This document shows positions 27,961 through 42,367 of a stretch of 64,000 nucleotides of DNA, piece after piece. Origin of the DNA: Octopus sinensis (taxonomy: Eukaryota). Position 1 is the first letter of the stretch, and each line of letters starts with the position of its first letter. The DNA lies in assembly GCF_006345805.1 (NCBI RefSeq), contig NC_043001.1, positions 56,172,001 through 56,236,000 of the forward strand, read 5' to 3'. Position numbers and translations under genes: made by a program. The notes beneath the pieces were generated by a model. The model searched no databases and was not told where the DNA came from. It worked only from the letters and a program-made list of their open reading frames with translations.

Positions 27961-28712
27961 TATGTCTGAGTGTATATCCATGCTGTGTGCATGCAAGTGT
28001 ATGTAAGAAAAGAAAAAAAAATATATACAGGCAATTATAATTACCATAATTGTGGAGTTATTACATTCCAGTAGCGGAGAATCTTTTCTTTGTCACCCCC
28101 GCTTCTAATTAAGTCTCTAGTGAGTAAAATAACGTCTGTAATTTTCCTTTCGGTCTCTTCATATATCTATATGTACATATTTGCATACAAATCTATCTAC
28201 ACACACACACACACGTAAATACTGTTTCACATATGAATGTGACAAAAGAAATGGAAAAGCTCGCACACATTCACCTTTTACACAACAAACGCACTAGAAT
28301 TTATATATTTATGTGTTTTTTATTGTATGTTGACATGAATACAGCTAGTTATATTTCTGATAAAATCAGACCACATTTGTGCGTCTTTTCTGTATATCTG
28401 CCTGTTTATTTGCCTCTATGTATGTATGTATGTATGTATGTATGTATCCTTCTCTCTCTATATGTTTTCTCAACCTGCCTGTCTATCTGTGTTTAAACCT
28501 GAGTATTAACAAGGAGTAATCTCAGCGTAAGAATGCACTTCAGTTATTGAGGAAATGTTCACCTTGATTATTAGCTGAAATCTACATTCTCCACACACAC
28601 TCACACACACCGAGAGAGAGAGAGAGAGAGAGAGAGGAAGAGAGAAGAGAGGAGAGAGAGAGAGAGAGAAAGGAAGAGAGAAAAAGAGAGAGAGAGAGAG
28701 CGAGAGAGAGAG

Positions 28713-28761
<49 letters not shown>

Positions 28762-29108
28762 CGTAGAGAGACTCGCGAACGTTTGTGCTTATAAAGAATA
28801 AATACTCGACACATAAATTAGAGTTACTCTGAGTTTCATGTGACCGACATACGTACGCATGCACACACGCACACACACATATACACACACAGCGGTACAT
28901 ATGTATATACGCACACATACCGATATGGAGGCATGTGTATGCAGGTATATTCGTTTGTGCTTGTGTATGTCTATACTTTGTATGAGCGTTTGTATGCTTA
29001 TAAGCATACACACCCATATATATATATATGTATGTATGTATATATATATGTATATATATATGTATGTATATATATGTATATATATATATGTATGTATGTA
29101 TATATATG

Positions 29109-29139
<31 letters not shown>

Positions 29140-31029
29140 GTGTGTGTATATACATATGAATTTTTTTTTACCACTTGTCAAACTACATAAACAGGAGCCT
29201 AAGGACTAGGCTAGTCCCATTTCATTTCACAGCCAAAATCTATTTCGGTAATGACTCAAATAAGATGTAGCGGTTGTGTCTATAATGCAGCATTTTTTTT
29301 GTAAATGTTTTATTGCTGTTGGTATTATTATTATTTTTTCTATATTGTTCTTTCTTTGGGTTTCTTTTGTAGCGAGTTGCACTAAATACACTAGTAGTGT
29401 GTGACAAGATTGGCCAGTGGGTACAACTTTGATTAGAGTGGTGCTAAACTGTAAATATAAAGAGACAGTAACAATTAGTTGTTTAATAACACTGATTATA
29501 AGACAGCCAAGATTATATAGTAACAGCATATGGATTATACAATCAAGTCCTTTTATGAAAATGTCTGTGAGGCTGCTAAAACACCTCCCAACCTGTCTAA
29601 CATTTTATCTTTCTTTTCCCTCTTGTCATCCTCGTTTTGCTTCCGCTCGCGTTACCATATATCTGTATATCTATCTGTCTTTATGAATGCCTCTCACTCT
29701 CTCTCTCTCTCGTAATAATTTCCTGGTTCAATGCTACTCCTCTTTCTTTATAAGCATTCTCAATCTGTCTTCCTTCAGCCCACTTTCATCACAATCTTAT
29801 CTCCCTTTCTAATCGTCACTCTCTCCATCTGTGCTTCTTCCATTTCCTTCTTTTGCAACACTCTCTACTTCTGCGTCTCTTCTTTCCTTTCCTCATTATA
29901 TCAAGTTATGAATATTGAGAATGAAGCCGCTATCAGTCATATCTGGAGGTAAAATATGCCATTAGTTTTCTATATGGTAAGCAAGAAGCACATTAGCGCA
30001 AGATTCCTTCAGGGCAAACCCATTTCGACACGAATTGTCTCACAAGAAAAGGATACTTGTTTTTTTTCTTTCTTGATAGAAGTGTTTTTTTATATATATA
30101 TATTCTCACATTCGTTGGTTACAGAACTTGTGTCAATTTGATTCTGGATGATTTTGCGCTGAGAAAACGTAATTCATATTACTTGGCGCGATTTCCTGGA
30201 ATATCAACATTCACAGCCATTTATTTACCTAAATTTCCCGAAGAATATTCTACCCCGTCACCAGTCACACATACTCATATACAATTATTAGCTATGTTTC
30301 CATATCATTTATGGTTTAAAAGAGCAAAACAAACTATTTCTGTTGCCATGTTTTCGCATTCTAGTAAAAAGAAAAGTGAAAATGCCAAATCTCGGCATTT
30401 ATATTACCAGGCCCTAGGTTTTAAAAGATTTGTCGTCAAGAATATGTCACACGCGATATTGAAGTGGCACCTCTCTCTCCTCCTAGTTTCAGAGGCCTTA
30501 TAAAGTGTCATTGCCAACGCCTTGCGTCCCTGACTTGAAGAAAAAAAACAAGCTAAAAATAAAAAAAACAAAAACAAGAAAAATTATTCGGCGAAGTGAC
30601 TGTATGTATAATAAATAAACAAAAATATGCATTTTTGTTGCAAAATAAATATCACAGCATAATCGAATGCAAATTGTGTTCGATTCACAATTACAATCTC
30701 CCGGATGTGATCCTACTCTTTGGCAACGTGTAAGAGACTCATTTGCTACAGACTCGTATCTACCCAAATCCTGTTAGTAAAACTGGGCAGACACCAATGT
30801 TGAATATAAAAGTTCAGCCTTTCACACAGCTATTTGCTGATTCTGTCTGAAAATTACATTTGTCTGTGAAATGCTCAGCCACTTACATGCTAATTCAACG
30901 AACGGTTAGTTTATTTCATCGAACAAATGAATATTCATCGTCGAACTCGACCTAAATTTTTTACTTTCTTTTTGTTTTACTAGATATGTGACCCTTAATT
31001 AGTTGCTAACCCACTTCTGAGATTTTCAG

Positions 31030-32215
31030 TGGCATGTTACTCATACGAGATTTTCAGTGGCATGTTACTATACGAGAATCAGAATGGATTTAGAAGGTTT
31101 CGGTCAACAACAGCTCTAATGCTCTCCATCTGTCGCATACTGAAAGAAATGAAAAAGTTTAACAAGAATGTCTCAATCTGTTTTGTCGACTTTCGCAAAT
31201 TCCATCAGCAGAGATCTTATGTTTAAAATCTTTGCACTCTATGGTATTCCTCCCAGGATTGTTGATGCTATCAGAATGCTGTACACAAACACCACTGCCA
31301 CAATTATATCTCCTGATGGAGATACTGATTTCTTTGAAGTTGAAGCAGCTGTTCTGCAAGGTGACACACTCCTCCTTTCTTGTTCATCACTGTTCCTGAC
31401 TATGTTCTACACATTTCTCTAGACAGTATTGAAGAAAAGGGACTCCTTTTGAAACCCCCGCCAGAGCAGTCGGTATTATGCACAATATTTAACTGATCTT
31501 GACTTTGCTGAGGATCTTGCCTTTATATCCCATTATATTAAGGATGCAGACAAGCACTGGAAAAAGCAGCAAACCAGGTCGGCCTTTGCTCCAACGAGAG
31601 TTTATCACAACCTCCTCCAAGTTAACTGAACTTAAATAGCTCAGTAATATATCATTCAAAAACTTTGACGACTTCAAATATCCTGGAACACACATAGTAG
31701 ACTCACAAAAGGACTTTCGCACCCGCAAAGCTCTTGCTTGATAAGATCTGACACTCAAACCTTCCACCCACGTTAAAAGTTTAAATATTTAGAACTCTAG
31801 TTGAGCCGGCCTTCTCTATGGATCAGAGACCTGAACCTTATCGTCTCTCTTAGAAAAAACAACTAGATGGAACATATACCAACCTGCTCAGAAAGATACA
31901 GAACATCAGTTGGAGATCACAACCAACACTTAGTAACATCTACGGAAAGCTGATACCAATATCCCTCAAGCTAAAGCAGAAACGGCTACAGTTTGCTATC
32001 CACTGTCATCGAGCAGAGAAAAAGGTTATCCCTGCTCCTATTGCATTCCTCTGGAAGAGTTTCCTCCAGGAAACTGACATTTCCAGATACTGTATCTCAG
32101 AACTCAGGGCTGGATATTAGAGATATGAACACCGCAGTGCAGGACCGTGTAGTGTGGAAAGGGATTGTCAATGGAATTCTGACCAACCATAGGTTGGTCG
32201 AAAGATGACGATGAT
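31030..32215 (+). mobile_element. RTE/RTE-X-type LINE relic (RT to 3' end)
   Basis: NQNGFRRFRSTT...FVDFRK...YGIPPRIVDAIRMLYTNTTA...VLQGDTL...TDLDFAEDLAL...KRLQFAIHCHR; ends in a short (GAT/GAC) tail. Confidence 0.9.
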
Positions 32216-32804
32216 TTGTTCTGTCTTTTTATGTTTTAAGTTCAAACGCCTCTGAGTTTAAATCTGCCTTTCATCATTCCAGACTGGATAGAATATGGTA
32301 CTGGGCCGATAGAATCGACTTAAACTTATTTCCCCAATTTCTAGTTTTGTGCCTATATTAGAAATTACTATAAATTAATGACTAATTAGAAGGTAATTAC
32401 CCAAGAAGAAGCTGCCAGCAATACGCCATTTATGCAAATCGGGTTCGGTTTCTCGAAGACTCTTGTGACTTTAGTGTAAAGTTTAGGTATTTACCGCGAG
32501 CACGACTTTTCACGTAGCTGTAACTGAATTAGAATTGACCTAGGGCTAAACCAGACCACAAACTGTCTATAACAACAAAGAAATTATAATTCTTGCTTTG
32601 TACATTTACAAAGTGAGGCAATCGTATGACATGATTCACTGCTGGACATACATGAAATAGCAGGCAAATTTTCTTCAAATAACACCCCATCACTTAAACA
32701 AGGAAAGGCACACTGAAAATGTGGTTATACACACATAATAACTAAAAATAAAAACAAAGTGGTAACAGAATACTATTTTGGAAATTTCAAACTTTATACT
32801 TACA

Positions 32805-32942
32805 AATGAAAATTATATATATATATATAATATACATATACATACATACACACATACAAACATACATACATACATACATACATACATACATACATACATA
32901 CATACATACATACATACATACATACATACATACATACATACA

Positions 32943-32978
<36 letters not shown>

Positions 32979-32998
32979 TATACATATATATATATATT
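32805..32998. repeat. (TACA)n microsatellite
   Basis: Direct tandem repeats. Confidence 0.97.
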
Positions 32999-33269
32999 AA
33001 GTTCGTTTACGGGAAACGTTTTTTTAAGTACGTACATAAAAGCTCCTGTGTTATTATGCCGGCTATGGTCTAGTAATTCCAACTTGCAACAGCAGTTTTG
33101 TGGGGTAGTAACAAGCTGTGCCAATACAAAGTAGGATAAATGTAAAAGTGCATGGCTGACGATAAGTGCATCTCTGATCACGAGCAGAAGTAGTGGGGAA
33201 GCATCAATGCCCTGATGCAATAAAAGGTAGTGGCGCTCAAAGCTTCTGATCTTAATTGATTGGGAGCGT

Positions 33270-33768
33270 TATCATGTACATTGTTTTGTCTTGGTATAAA
33301 AGATGGACTATAGCAAATATTCTGCTCAATACCACAGAATTGCTTGTCAGTTGTTTGACCTTAACCAGATGAACTTGTCCCTTGGTGCGTGAGAATATAT
33401 GCACCTCTGACCACGAGTAGATGTGGGGGAGCATCATAACCATGTTTTGAGAGGAATTCTTTGGGGGTTTGAATATTTCACCTCCGGAAACATGAGTGTT
33501 TCGTTCATCACCATTAAACAAACCTTATTCAGGGACCTTTTGAGTGGGATGGGCAACTCAACCTGAAGAAAATTTTAACTGGGTCCCACCTGCAAGGTCA
33601 TGCGCTGTTTATCTTGATACGAGATCACCATGTCCCGCTCATATGGTTGTGATGCATGTGCGTGGTGTTACCTTATCAGACGGGAAGTCATGATGGGTAT
33701 ATTGGGCTTCGTATAATTGTACCCCAATGTCACTTTGATGGTATGCACTGCTCTCTCGCTCAATGATA

Positions 33769-33834
<66 letters not shown>

Positions 33835-33835
33835 T
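33270..33835 (+). mobile_element. Non-coding LINE-like 3' end with (TAA)n tail
   Basis: Ends GCACTGCTCTCTCGCTC followed by long (TAA)n; part of it is duplicated at 33153-33205. Confidence 0.6.
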
Positions 33836-33849
33836 ATTGTGAATAACGG

Positions 33850-35262
33850 TGGTAATGAAACTGAAGCCATTGATGGTGACAGTGTTGCACCCGGCATGCT
33901 CAGAGATTATGATCCGGCTCCAGCCTGTCGATATCCAGAAAGGGACTACCACACACAGCGTAGATGGAGCAAGCAACTTAATGCTGTGGCATAGAATGTT
34001 ACTACCTGAGCAACCCTGTAGATGAAAATGGTGCTCAAATTAGGGGTTACCGATAACGTATGTATGATCATTGGAGAAAAAGGGATTGTTTCAACTCACG
34101 AAACAGGGATTATGTGATGAAGCTAGAGCAATAGGAAAACAATCGTTGGTTCACAGAAGTAGAGCTCGAAGCTATCCATAGACGGGTCGTGGAAAATAGC
34201 AGCAGAGATAACCATGAAAATACAGTTCTTACTAATAAGAGTAATCTCGTAGCACAGGAAAGTTGCAGTGGTAGCTTACGTCATGAGAGACTTATAGATG
34301 AACTCAAAGAAAACACTAAAACTAATAGCGACATAACAGATGAACAAAAGGCAATCTACGACTGAAGAAAGTTAAGACTACAGGAGAACGATAGCGACAA
34401 TATTTGCAACCTTAAAAAGGTTGATTGATGGAAATTGAACCAAGAAACGAAAATGTCAATGAAATTCTGAAATACATTAGAACAAACTTCACAGAAACAA
34501 ATAATTAAAGATTATCGCAGCAGGTGTTGATGTCAAGAAAAAGAAATATAATGGGAGTGACAAAAGAAAATATCCATGGGGGGAAAGAAGAATACAGGCA
34601 GAGTTAGATATGCTCCCGAAGGTCATTTCTGTGTTAGACCGAAAAAATGGTGAAACTGTATGGCATATGACCAGTCAATGTACGCCACTAGCCCAGAAGT
34701 AATATAAGAGACGCTACAACAATATAGCCAGGCTTGTCGATTGAACACTTTGCAACAAGTATGGACTTGACAGGGTAAAAAAATTGGTGCGACCATAAAC
34801 CCGAAGGTATCATCGAAAATGATAAATCCTGTGGGATTTTATGGTTCAGTGTGACTATGAGACAGAATAGGAAGCCAGACATAGTCTTAATTGAGAAAGA
34901 AAGCAAACTATGCTGGATCATAGATATGGTACGCCCAGCTGACAACAAGGTATGCGATAAAGAAGAAAGAAAAGTCGAGAGATATGAGAGGTTAGCTTGT
35001 GGTCGATGAAAAAGGTGGTAGTAGTACCAATAATTGTCGGAGCCCTGGGAACAGTGAGTAAAAATCTTGAGAAATACATGGAACAAAAAGGGGCTGCAAT
35101 AAGGGTGGCGCACTTGCAGAAAACAGCACTGCTTGGAGCCGCTCGAATACTTCGGAAGGTACTCGAAGAATAAGGGGTTTTACCTTAGTTTACTGGTAAG
35201 GAACCGCTGACACTGTAATACATCTCCAGAGTTAGAAGCTGTGCAAAGGCAATAATAATAAT
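33850..35262 (+). mobile_element. R4/Dong-type LINE relic with RT domain deleted
   Basis: N-terminal RGYR..MYDHWREKGLF...ELEAIHRRV and PWGKRRIQAELDML joined directly to GETVWHMTSQC and the restriction-like endonuclease KPDIVL...IID...VVVVPIIVGALG; (TAA)n tail. Confidence 0.88.
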
Positions 35263-36168
35263 CCAAGGATGGAATTTCGAAATTCCATTCTTGATATATA
35301 TATATTACCAGTCAATGTACGCCACTAGCCCAGAAGTAATACAAGAGACGCCACGACAATATAGCCAGAAACTTTCTAGCGCCCCCTCGTACATACATAC
35401 CTAGCGATTGCTCCATCTTCATAGATAATTGACATATTGTGCTTTCTCGTTGTCAATATATATAAAACTTGAGAACGTTGATCAACGAAGTAATATAGTA
35501 AAGGATGAAATATTATTCTGGCATCAAGTTCTATACTTCACCTGTTAGATTTCAAATGTCATGAAATTCGAATTTAGTCTTTCATATCTGTGGGGTTGGT
35601 AAAGGATTAAAATTTAATACAATCCGATAAGACGCGAGGAATTCTAAACTGCACTATCACATCAGCGAACACTATTTCGTTGGATACAACATACCTATGT
35701 CAATCGTAGCTGTTGAGTTTTGTCTGATATCTAGCAAGTTTCACTTGACGAGTGAGATAGTTGTTTTCTTTTTTTTTTTATTCGCATCTCCATCAATTAA
35801 TTCATTGCATTTAACGAATATTTATCTGTTTTACTTTTATCATCAAACTACAAGAGATGGGTGAGCTTTCAATCTTCTTTTGCTAACCTACTCTATAGTA
35901 AATTTCATGAGCGAAGTCAATTGTTTTTTTTTTATCTGCTATAACAAGAAGACATCCATCGTGATTAATTTTTATCATTTAATTCAACTACGTTGGCTAT
36001 TAATATTTTACCTCAACAAATCAACAAAAACAAACTTTGCTTTGTTTCCGAGGTCGATAATACAGGCAGCAGTCAACAAACGACTCTTTCTTCCCTTCAA
36101 ATTTATGTCCGTTAGTATATATGTATGCATGTATTATACATACAAATGCACATACATACAGCCATACA

Positions 36169-36387
36169 TACGAGTGGGTGCTGAAAAGTACCTGACTTTG
36201 GGTAAAAGAAAAAACGTGAGGATCAGTTAATTATGATTCTATGCAACATATTCCCCTCTAAGATTCACACACATATTGCAGCAGTCCTTCAGTTTTTGTA
36301 AGCCCTGTAAGAAATCGGAAGATAGGGCCTCCAACGATGCCTTTCCCGATACTCTTAAAGCCAGAAACTTTTTAGCGCCCCCTCGTA
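36169..36387. mobile_element. Mariner-derived MITE
   Basis: TIRs TACGAGTGGGTGCTGAAAAGT / ACTTTTTAGCGCCCCCTCGTA; same family as 58680-58855. Confidence 0.88.
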
Positions 36388-38419
36388 CATGCATACCTGG
36401 CGATTGCTCCATCTTCATAGATAATTGACATCTTGTGCTTCCTCGTTGTCAATGATATGTTTGACTTTCCGTCCATGACATCGCAGATGACTCGAAAGTT
36501 GTAACTTAGTGTGCGCTCCCAACTGGTTAGGTCTGCATACGTCTCCACGCTTCAGTTTTCGTAGACCTTTCAGTAGATGAAATAGCAAATGAGATCACCA
36601 TAAAGAAGCAGTTGTATGTCACTGGAGGGACAGGCCGAAGTGAGATGAACAATCACGTTCAGCTGTTTTACATTAGAGTGACCCTCTCATAGAAAGATTC
36701 TGTAACAACAGGTAAAGAGTCCTCCACTTGCAGTGATTTTAGAGCACGCCCTGATACCAACAAAGGCTGTAGGTACGAATTATGTTGGCAGGAGAGGTAA
36801 AGTGACGAATAAAACTGTTATACATAATAACGTTTCGAGTTCAAATTCCACAATGACCAACTTCACTTTTCACCCTCCCACGGTGAAATTAAATGGCTAC
36901 CAGTCATTTACGGCGACCAATGTAATCGTTTGTGGTCCTGCGTCTATGTTTGCAATCAATATTTGACCTAAAAAAAAACCCAAGAATTTTATATTGTGAT
37001 GTTAAAACTTTTTCTGTTCTTTTTTTTTCCTCGGCCAAACTACAGACGCGTATATTTATTCAAACATTTTCACACGAACGGCCAACACCAGACAATATTT
37101 TACGCATCTTTGTGTGTTATATTAATGAGGTGGAATTTTAATTACACGTTAAATGAGGCGAAATAAAAAAAAATTCTTGTTGCCGCACAAAAGAAAAAAA
37201 ATTATTTCAGTCGATTTAAATTTTCATTTTAAGCACACACACACACATACACACACACACACAGACAGACACACGCGTGCACATACACGCACACGCATGC
37301 ACGCATGCACGCACGCACGCACACACAAACGCACACACACACACATTCACACGTACATAAACTACACATACACACAAGTTTAATTTTTTTGGAATTTTTT
37401 ACTATGTTGTGCAATGACTTATGGGATTGTTCTTTAACTTGAAAGAAGAATAATGTATGAAGTTAGTCAGCGCTATTGGAGTAAAATGCAAGCAACTCGA
37501 TGTGCCGAGACTGAGATTAGGTTTCAGTTCGCTTATAGTTTCAATTTCTTTAGGAAATCTATTAACATCACAATATTCCACTTATAGTTTCTAAACTGGA
37601 AGCCTTTATGTTCTTTCTCATTCAAGGAAGCATACACTCTTAAAGATAAGTGCACAAGTAAATATGTACGTATTCACGTGAGCGTATGTATTAGAGAAAG
37701 AAAACTCAGAAGTATAAACGTAAATGTTGTGGAAAAGTAATCTAAAACAGTCACACGAGAGATTATGGCATTTACTATTGCTTATCCCGTGCTCCGTTGC
37801 ATTAAACTGGGATGTTAGTTTCTACGGAGAAGCTAAGTAAGCGGACTTGCTTTGTTCATAAACATTCATCATAAGTAGTGAGAAGTGAACGAACGTGATG
37901 GCAATAAGTTCGGACATTAAATATTGTATAATTTTGAGACTCATTTTGACTCGAGTTCAAACGGTGATGAAATAAATTCCACCTTTTCTTGTACAGGTCA
38001 AGAAAAGGACTTAAGCATTAGTAAAATCTAAAAGGAAGGTAGACAGAATGTAAACTAAGCTTACTGCAATAATATTGGACTTTCCTTGCGACAAATAACT
38101 AAATAAAGATTGTGTGGATGGGGGTGGAATACGCTGAACTTGCCAAAACGTTTCAATGGTGGACTAAATACCCTTGTCCTATATTAATTAAAGTATTCTT
38201 TGTCGAAAGTTCCAGTTCAGGTGTGGGAGGAGATATCTGTAGTTTACTAGCAGTGTGCTACAGCTGATAAAAGTAATTGCTATTCACAAAAATCCATAAC
38301 TGCAACAAAAATAAGGCCATTGAAACTGATTGAAAAAGTACGCATCAACCACCAGCATATAACAAACACGGTGTTTCTCTTAGCGCCCTCTTCTTTTCCT
38401 GAAAGAATAGTTATCAGCG

Positions 38420-38720
38420 AATTCACTCCACTCAGAGCCTTATGGCACATCGTCTGTTTAGCTCTGTTACAATAATAGCGTCCTACCTCTCAGATCTATT
38501 GCCAGTTCAACACTACCTTTTAGGCCTACGATATTTTTTGTGGAGTCCACTACGGTCTGGCGATAGCTGCTTTCCTCCTTTCTTAAAGACCCCGAAAATG
38601 TTAGAATCCATAAAAATGGTTCTCGTAGTAAACATTCTTCTATTATAGAAGTGTAATCCTTATGACATCCACCTTCTCTTGCCGATGTTTTGAATGCAGA
38701 CATTAAAAAATAGTCAAATC
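38420..38720 (+). mobile_element. Highly degraded CR1/L2-like RT fragment
   Basis: DIFCGVHYGLAIAAFLLFL resembles SGVPQGSVLGPLLFLL, with a CTTGCCGATG (xADD-like) remnant downstream. Confidence 0.35.
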
Positions 38721-38854
38721 AAATTATAATTACATCAATTTCATTATCTTTTGCCTCATCATTCACATTGTTGGTGGTTAATGTTAAATTTATCTTATTA
38801 CCAACATCTTTGATGGAATCACAAACTTTTTCACTGAATTTAGTTATAAATTTT

Positions 38855-39055
38855 GGCACAAGATCGGTAATTTTGGGGCAGGAAGTTAGTCCATTACATC
38901 GACCCCGGTACTCAGCTGGTACTCATTTTACCGGCCCCAAAGGATGAAAGGCAAAATCGACTTCGGCGGAATTTGAACTCAGAACGTGAAGACGGACGAA
39001 ATACCACCAAGAATTTTGTCCGGAGTGCTAACAATTCTGCCAGATCGCCGCCTTT
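38855..39055 (-). mobile_element. SINE family A
   Basis: Reverse-complement A-box/B-box head and body. Confidence 0.88.
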
Positions 39056-39199
39056 GACAGACTTTATATTAACCAAGAAATTCACCAGAAATTGGCTTGC
39101 TAGAAATGGCTGGCCAAATACTAATAAAATCACGCCAAAAAAGGACCTTATGGCAACCAGCTTTCATCCGCGAACATATACAGCTTAGTACTATGTACC

Positions 39200-41090
39200 T
39201 GCTTCAGCGAATAGGTTGAAATACCTATGTAGTCCCAAGGAGACATGGATACCTCTCGTCTCTCGTCTCTTTCACTCATTGACTCCGTGTTACATTCAAG
39301 ATTTGACAACTGGCAGGAAAGAGAGATGCGTCAAAAGTCAGCTAGTACTAATTTTGTGTTGAGTAGACTTGAGCAAAGTGAAATTTAGAAACTTGTTTCT
39401 CCATATTTCTGCTCCACCGACCATTCTACCCCAAACCTCTCGGTCTTTGTCTTGCCTACCACCTTTGGATCCTTTAGCACTCACTTCATGGGGAAAATGA
39501 AGCTCATTTTCTCTCTCCATACAATTTAGCCTTTCGGTCTGCATTCTCCTCCTCATTTCTTCTAAACTATTTTCCCCCACTCCCACTCTATCACTATACA
39601 CTCCACTCAAAGTCTCTCTCCTCTCTCCCTCGCCACTCTCATGTATCACTCACTCCCATTCACAGCCCCTCTCACTTCTCACAACTCACCTACATAACTT
39701 CACACCAACCCACACGTCCTCAACAGACCAACATCATTTCTGCATACGCCCCTCCTCTCCTCACACATTCACATTTCTCACACGTAACCACATTTCCTCC
39801 TTGACATACCCACATACTTATAGCACATTCATACATGCATATCCCCACATGTCATCATATTGGCGTATGCATGCCTCCACATATTTACTTTTCCCGCATG
39901 TGTACCTAGAGTCCCTACATGATCACACACTTATCGCCATTCACCTACTATTTGGCCTTCTTAGCATATATAAACATACCCATTTGAACTCTTACGCATG
40001 CTCCCGCATCTATTGCGTCTTTCGTACTTTTTTTTCTACGTACCTCACAATTTTCTTTCTTCAGTTCCTCCCTATAATATGGGCGATACTACCCGTGACT
40101 TTTCACTAGTTGATTAACCACCTCAGTGTTGTGTTGTGTGATTTATACGTAAGTTTTCTTCTCTCACAGGATTCGTAATTTCATTTATTTTTTAATCAAA
40201 TTTGCGTAGAAATACATTTTTTTTCCAATTTTTCTCATACCTTTCTCTCATTTCTCGTCTCATCTTTTCTCTCTTTCTCTTTATACTTGTTCATGTTTTC
40301 CCATATTTTCTATTTTCTTTCTTTTGATTTACACTCTGGCATGTATACACACCTCTATCGCATTCCTCTTGCCTTTCTACTTACCTTACCAAACTAATTT
40401 TCTTCTCACTGCCCTATAAATTTTATACTTGTGTTATATTGTAATTAATTTTTTCTTTAATTTTTCCCATATTTTTCTATAACTTTTCTTTTCTCCCTAA
40501 CTCGCTCCTTTTTCTCCCACTTCCGTTCTTCTTTCTCATACTTCCCTTTCATATAGCAATGTTTCATACACATACACTTGCACACACTTCTGCCACACTC
40601 TCCTCTTTCCGCTTGCCTTCCTTTTAACTTACAGTCGAACCCGTTCACATTTCCTCACTCACTCAATTTCCTCACATACACACAGTAAGATTTATCACAC
40701 ACCCAACAACTCACCATACTCTAACCCAAGCCACCATATTCCATCACTTACACTCTTCCATTCGCTCCTCGCAAATCACAAACTCCACTCCTCCAAATAC
40801 TCATCTCTCAACAGACATACACTCCTATAATGCATACACACAATTGCTCTTCGTCTCTTCTTAACTCTCCTCTATAAAATCGTGTTACTGCCTGGCTCCT
40901 AACTCCTCGTCCCTATTTTTCTCTCAAACTCTTTTCCTTTTTCTTATTCCTGCTATGCTTTACGTTTGATGAAGGAGTAACATCCGAAATGTTACAGTTA
41001 TTTCCCTTCAATTTAAGCTATAAACTAATATATTTGCTAAAACGTGTCCCTTCTGCTGTATCTTTTGCTGTTTTTGTTCATTGCATTTAC
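39200..41090 (+). mobile_element. Penelope-like element relic (GIY-YIG end, long pyrimidine-rich 3' region, pLTR with hammerhead relic)
   Basis: YFCSTDHSTPNLSVFVL...KMKLIFSLHTI*PFGLHS matches HFNSxxHS...EQxLIFxLxTLxPxGLN. TTGATGAAGGA(GTAACA)TCCGAAATGTT at 40966-40993. Confidence 0.7.
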
Positions 41091-41112
41091 GATAAACACA
41101 CACGCACACACA

Positions 41113-41164
<52 letters not shown>

Positions 41165-41497
41165 ACACACACACATTCAATCACCCACACACGCTTGCAT
41201 ACGCATATAGAAGACGAGATACTCATGGATGTATGTAACGCTTAAAGTCACGTTGAAATCTCATCTGTCTGGCATCGTGTTATTCGAAGTGTTAATTCTT
41301 TCCTCCTCTTCCTCCACCCGTTTGTCTGTCGCTTAGCAGAACCGTGAATTTCAATAATTTTAAAATATTAGAGTCATGTAGAATCACGATGTAATTGAAA
41401 TTTGATTGGCCATAACGACAATCAAGACAATGCTTGACTACCGTTTTAAGTGAATTATATACATACACCCACACATACACACATATCTACCTACCTG

Positions 41498-41589
<92 letters not shown>

Positions 41590-41955
41590 CACATACACTC
41601 ACTCGATCTCTCTCTCAATCTATATCTCTGTCTCCTCTCCCTCTCTCACTCTCTGTCTTTCTCTCTCTCTCTATCTCTGTATATATATATATACATATAC
41701 ATACATATGTATATACATGATGTACATATATATTATGAATATTACACACGCTCACAGATATAAGAGCGCACACAGAATGCACACATATACACACATATAT
41801 ACACACGTATTTTTTAATGTGCTTTTTCGTACAATCTACTTCAAAAGTAGAATATATCTATATTAATCATTAATGCATAAGTAACTGCTTTATGAATATG
41901 TTTCGTTCATTTCAATCATTTCATTACGTGATACCAGAATATATATACATATATA

Positions 41956-42023
<68 letters not shown>

Positions 42024-42089
42024 TATATTAGCAGAGATACCCGGTGTTGCTCGGAGTTAAAATGGCATAGTCTTTTATTGTTTAACGTC

Positions 42090-42300
42090 TTTCGGTATGG
42101 TGACTGTGGCCATGCTTGAGCATCACTTTTAGTCGAAGAAATCGACCCCAGGATTTATTATTTGTAAGCCTAGTACTTATTCTATCGGTGTGTTCTGCCG
42201 AACGGCTAAGTTACGGAGGCGTAAACACAGCAACATCAGCTGTCAATCGATGGTGGGGTACAAACATAGACACACACTCACAAGCACATACACACACGCA
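42090..42300 (-). mobile_element. SINE family B, 3' part
   Basis: Matches the tail half of 44591-44979. Confidence 0.85.
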
Positions 42301-42310
42301 CGTACACACG

Positions 42311-42367
<57 letters not shown>

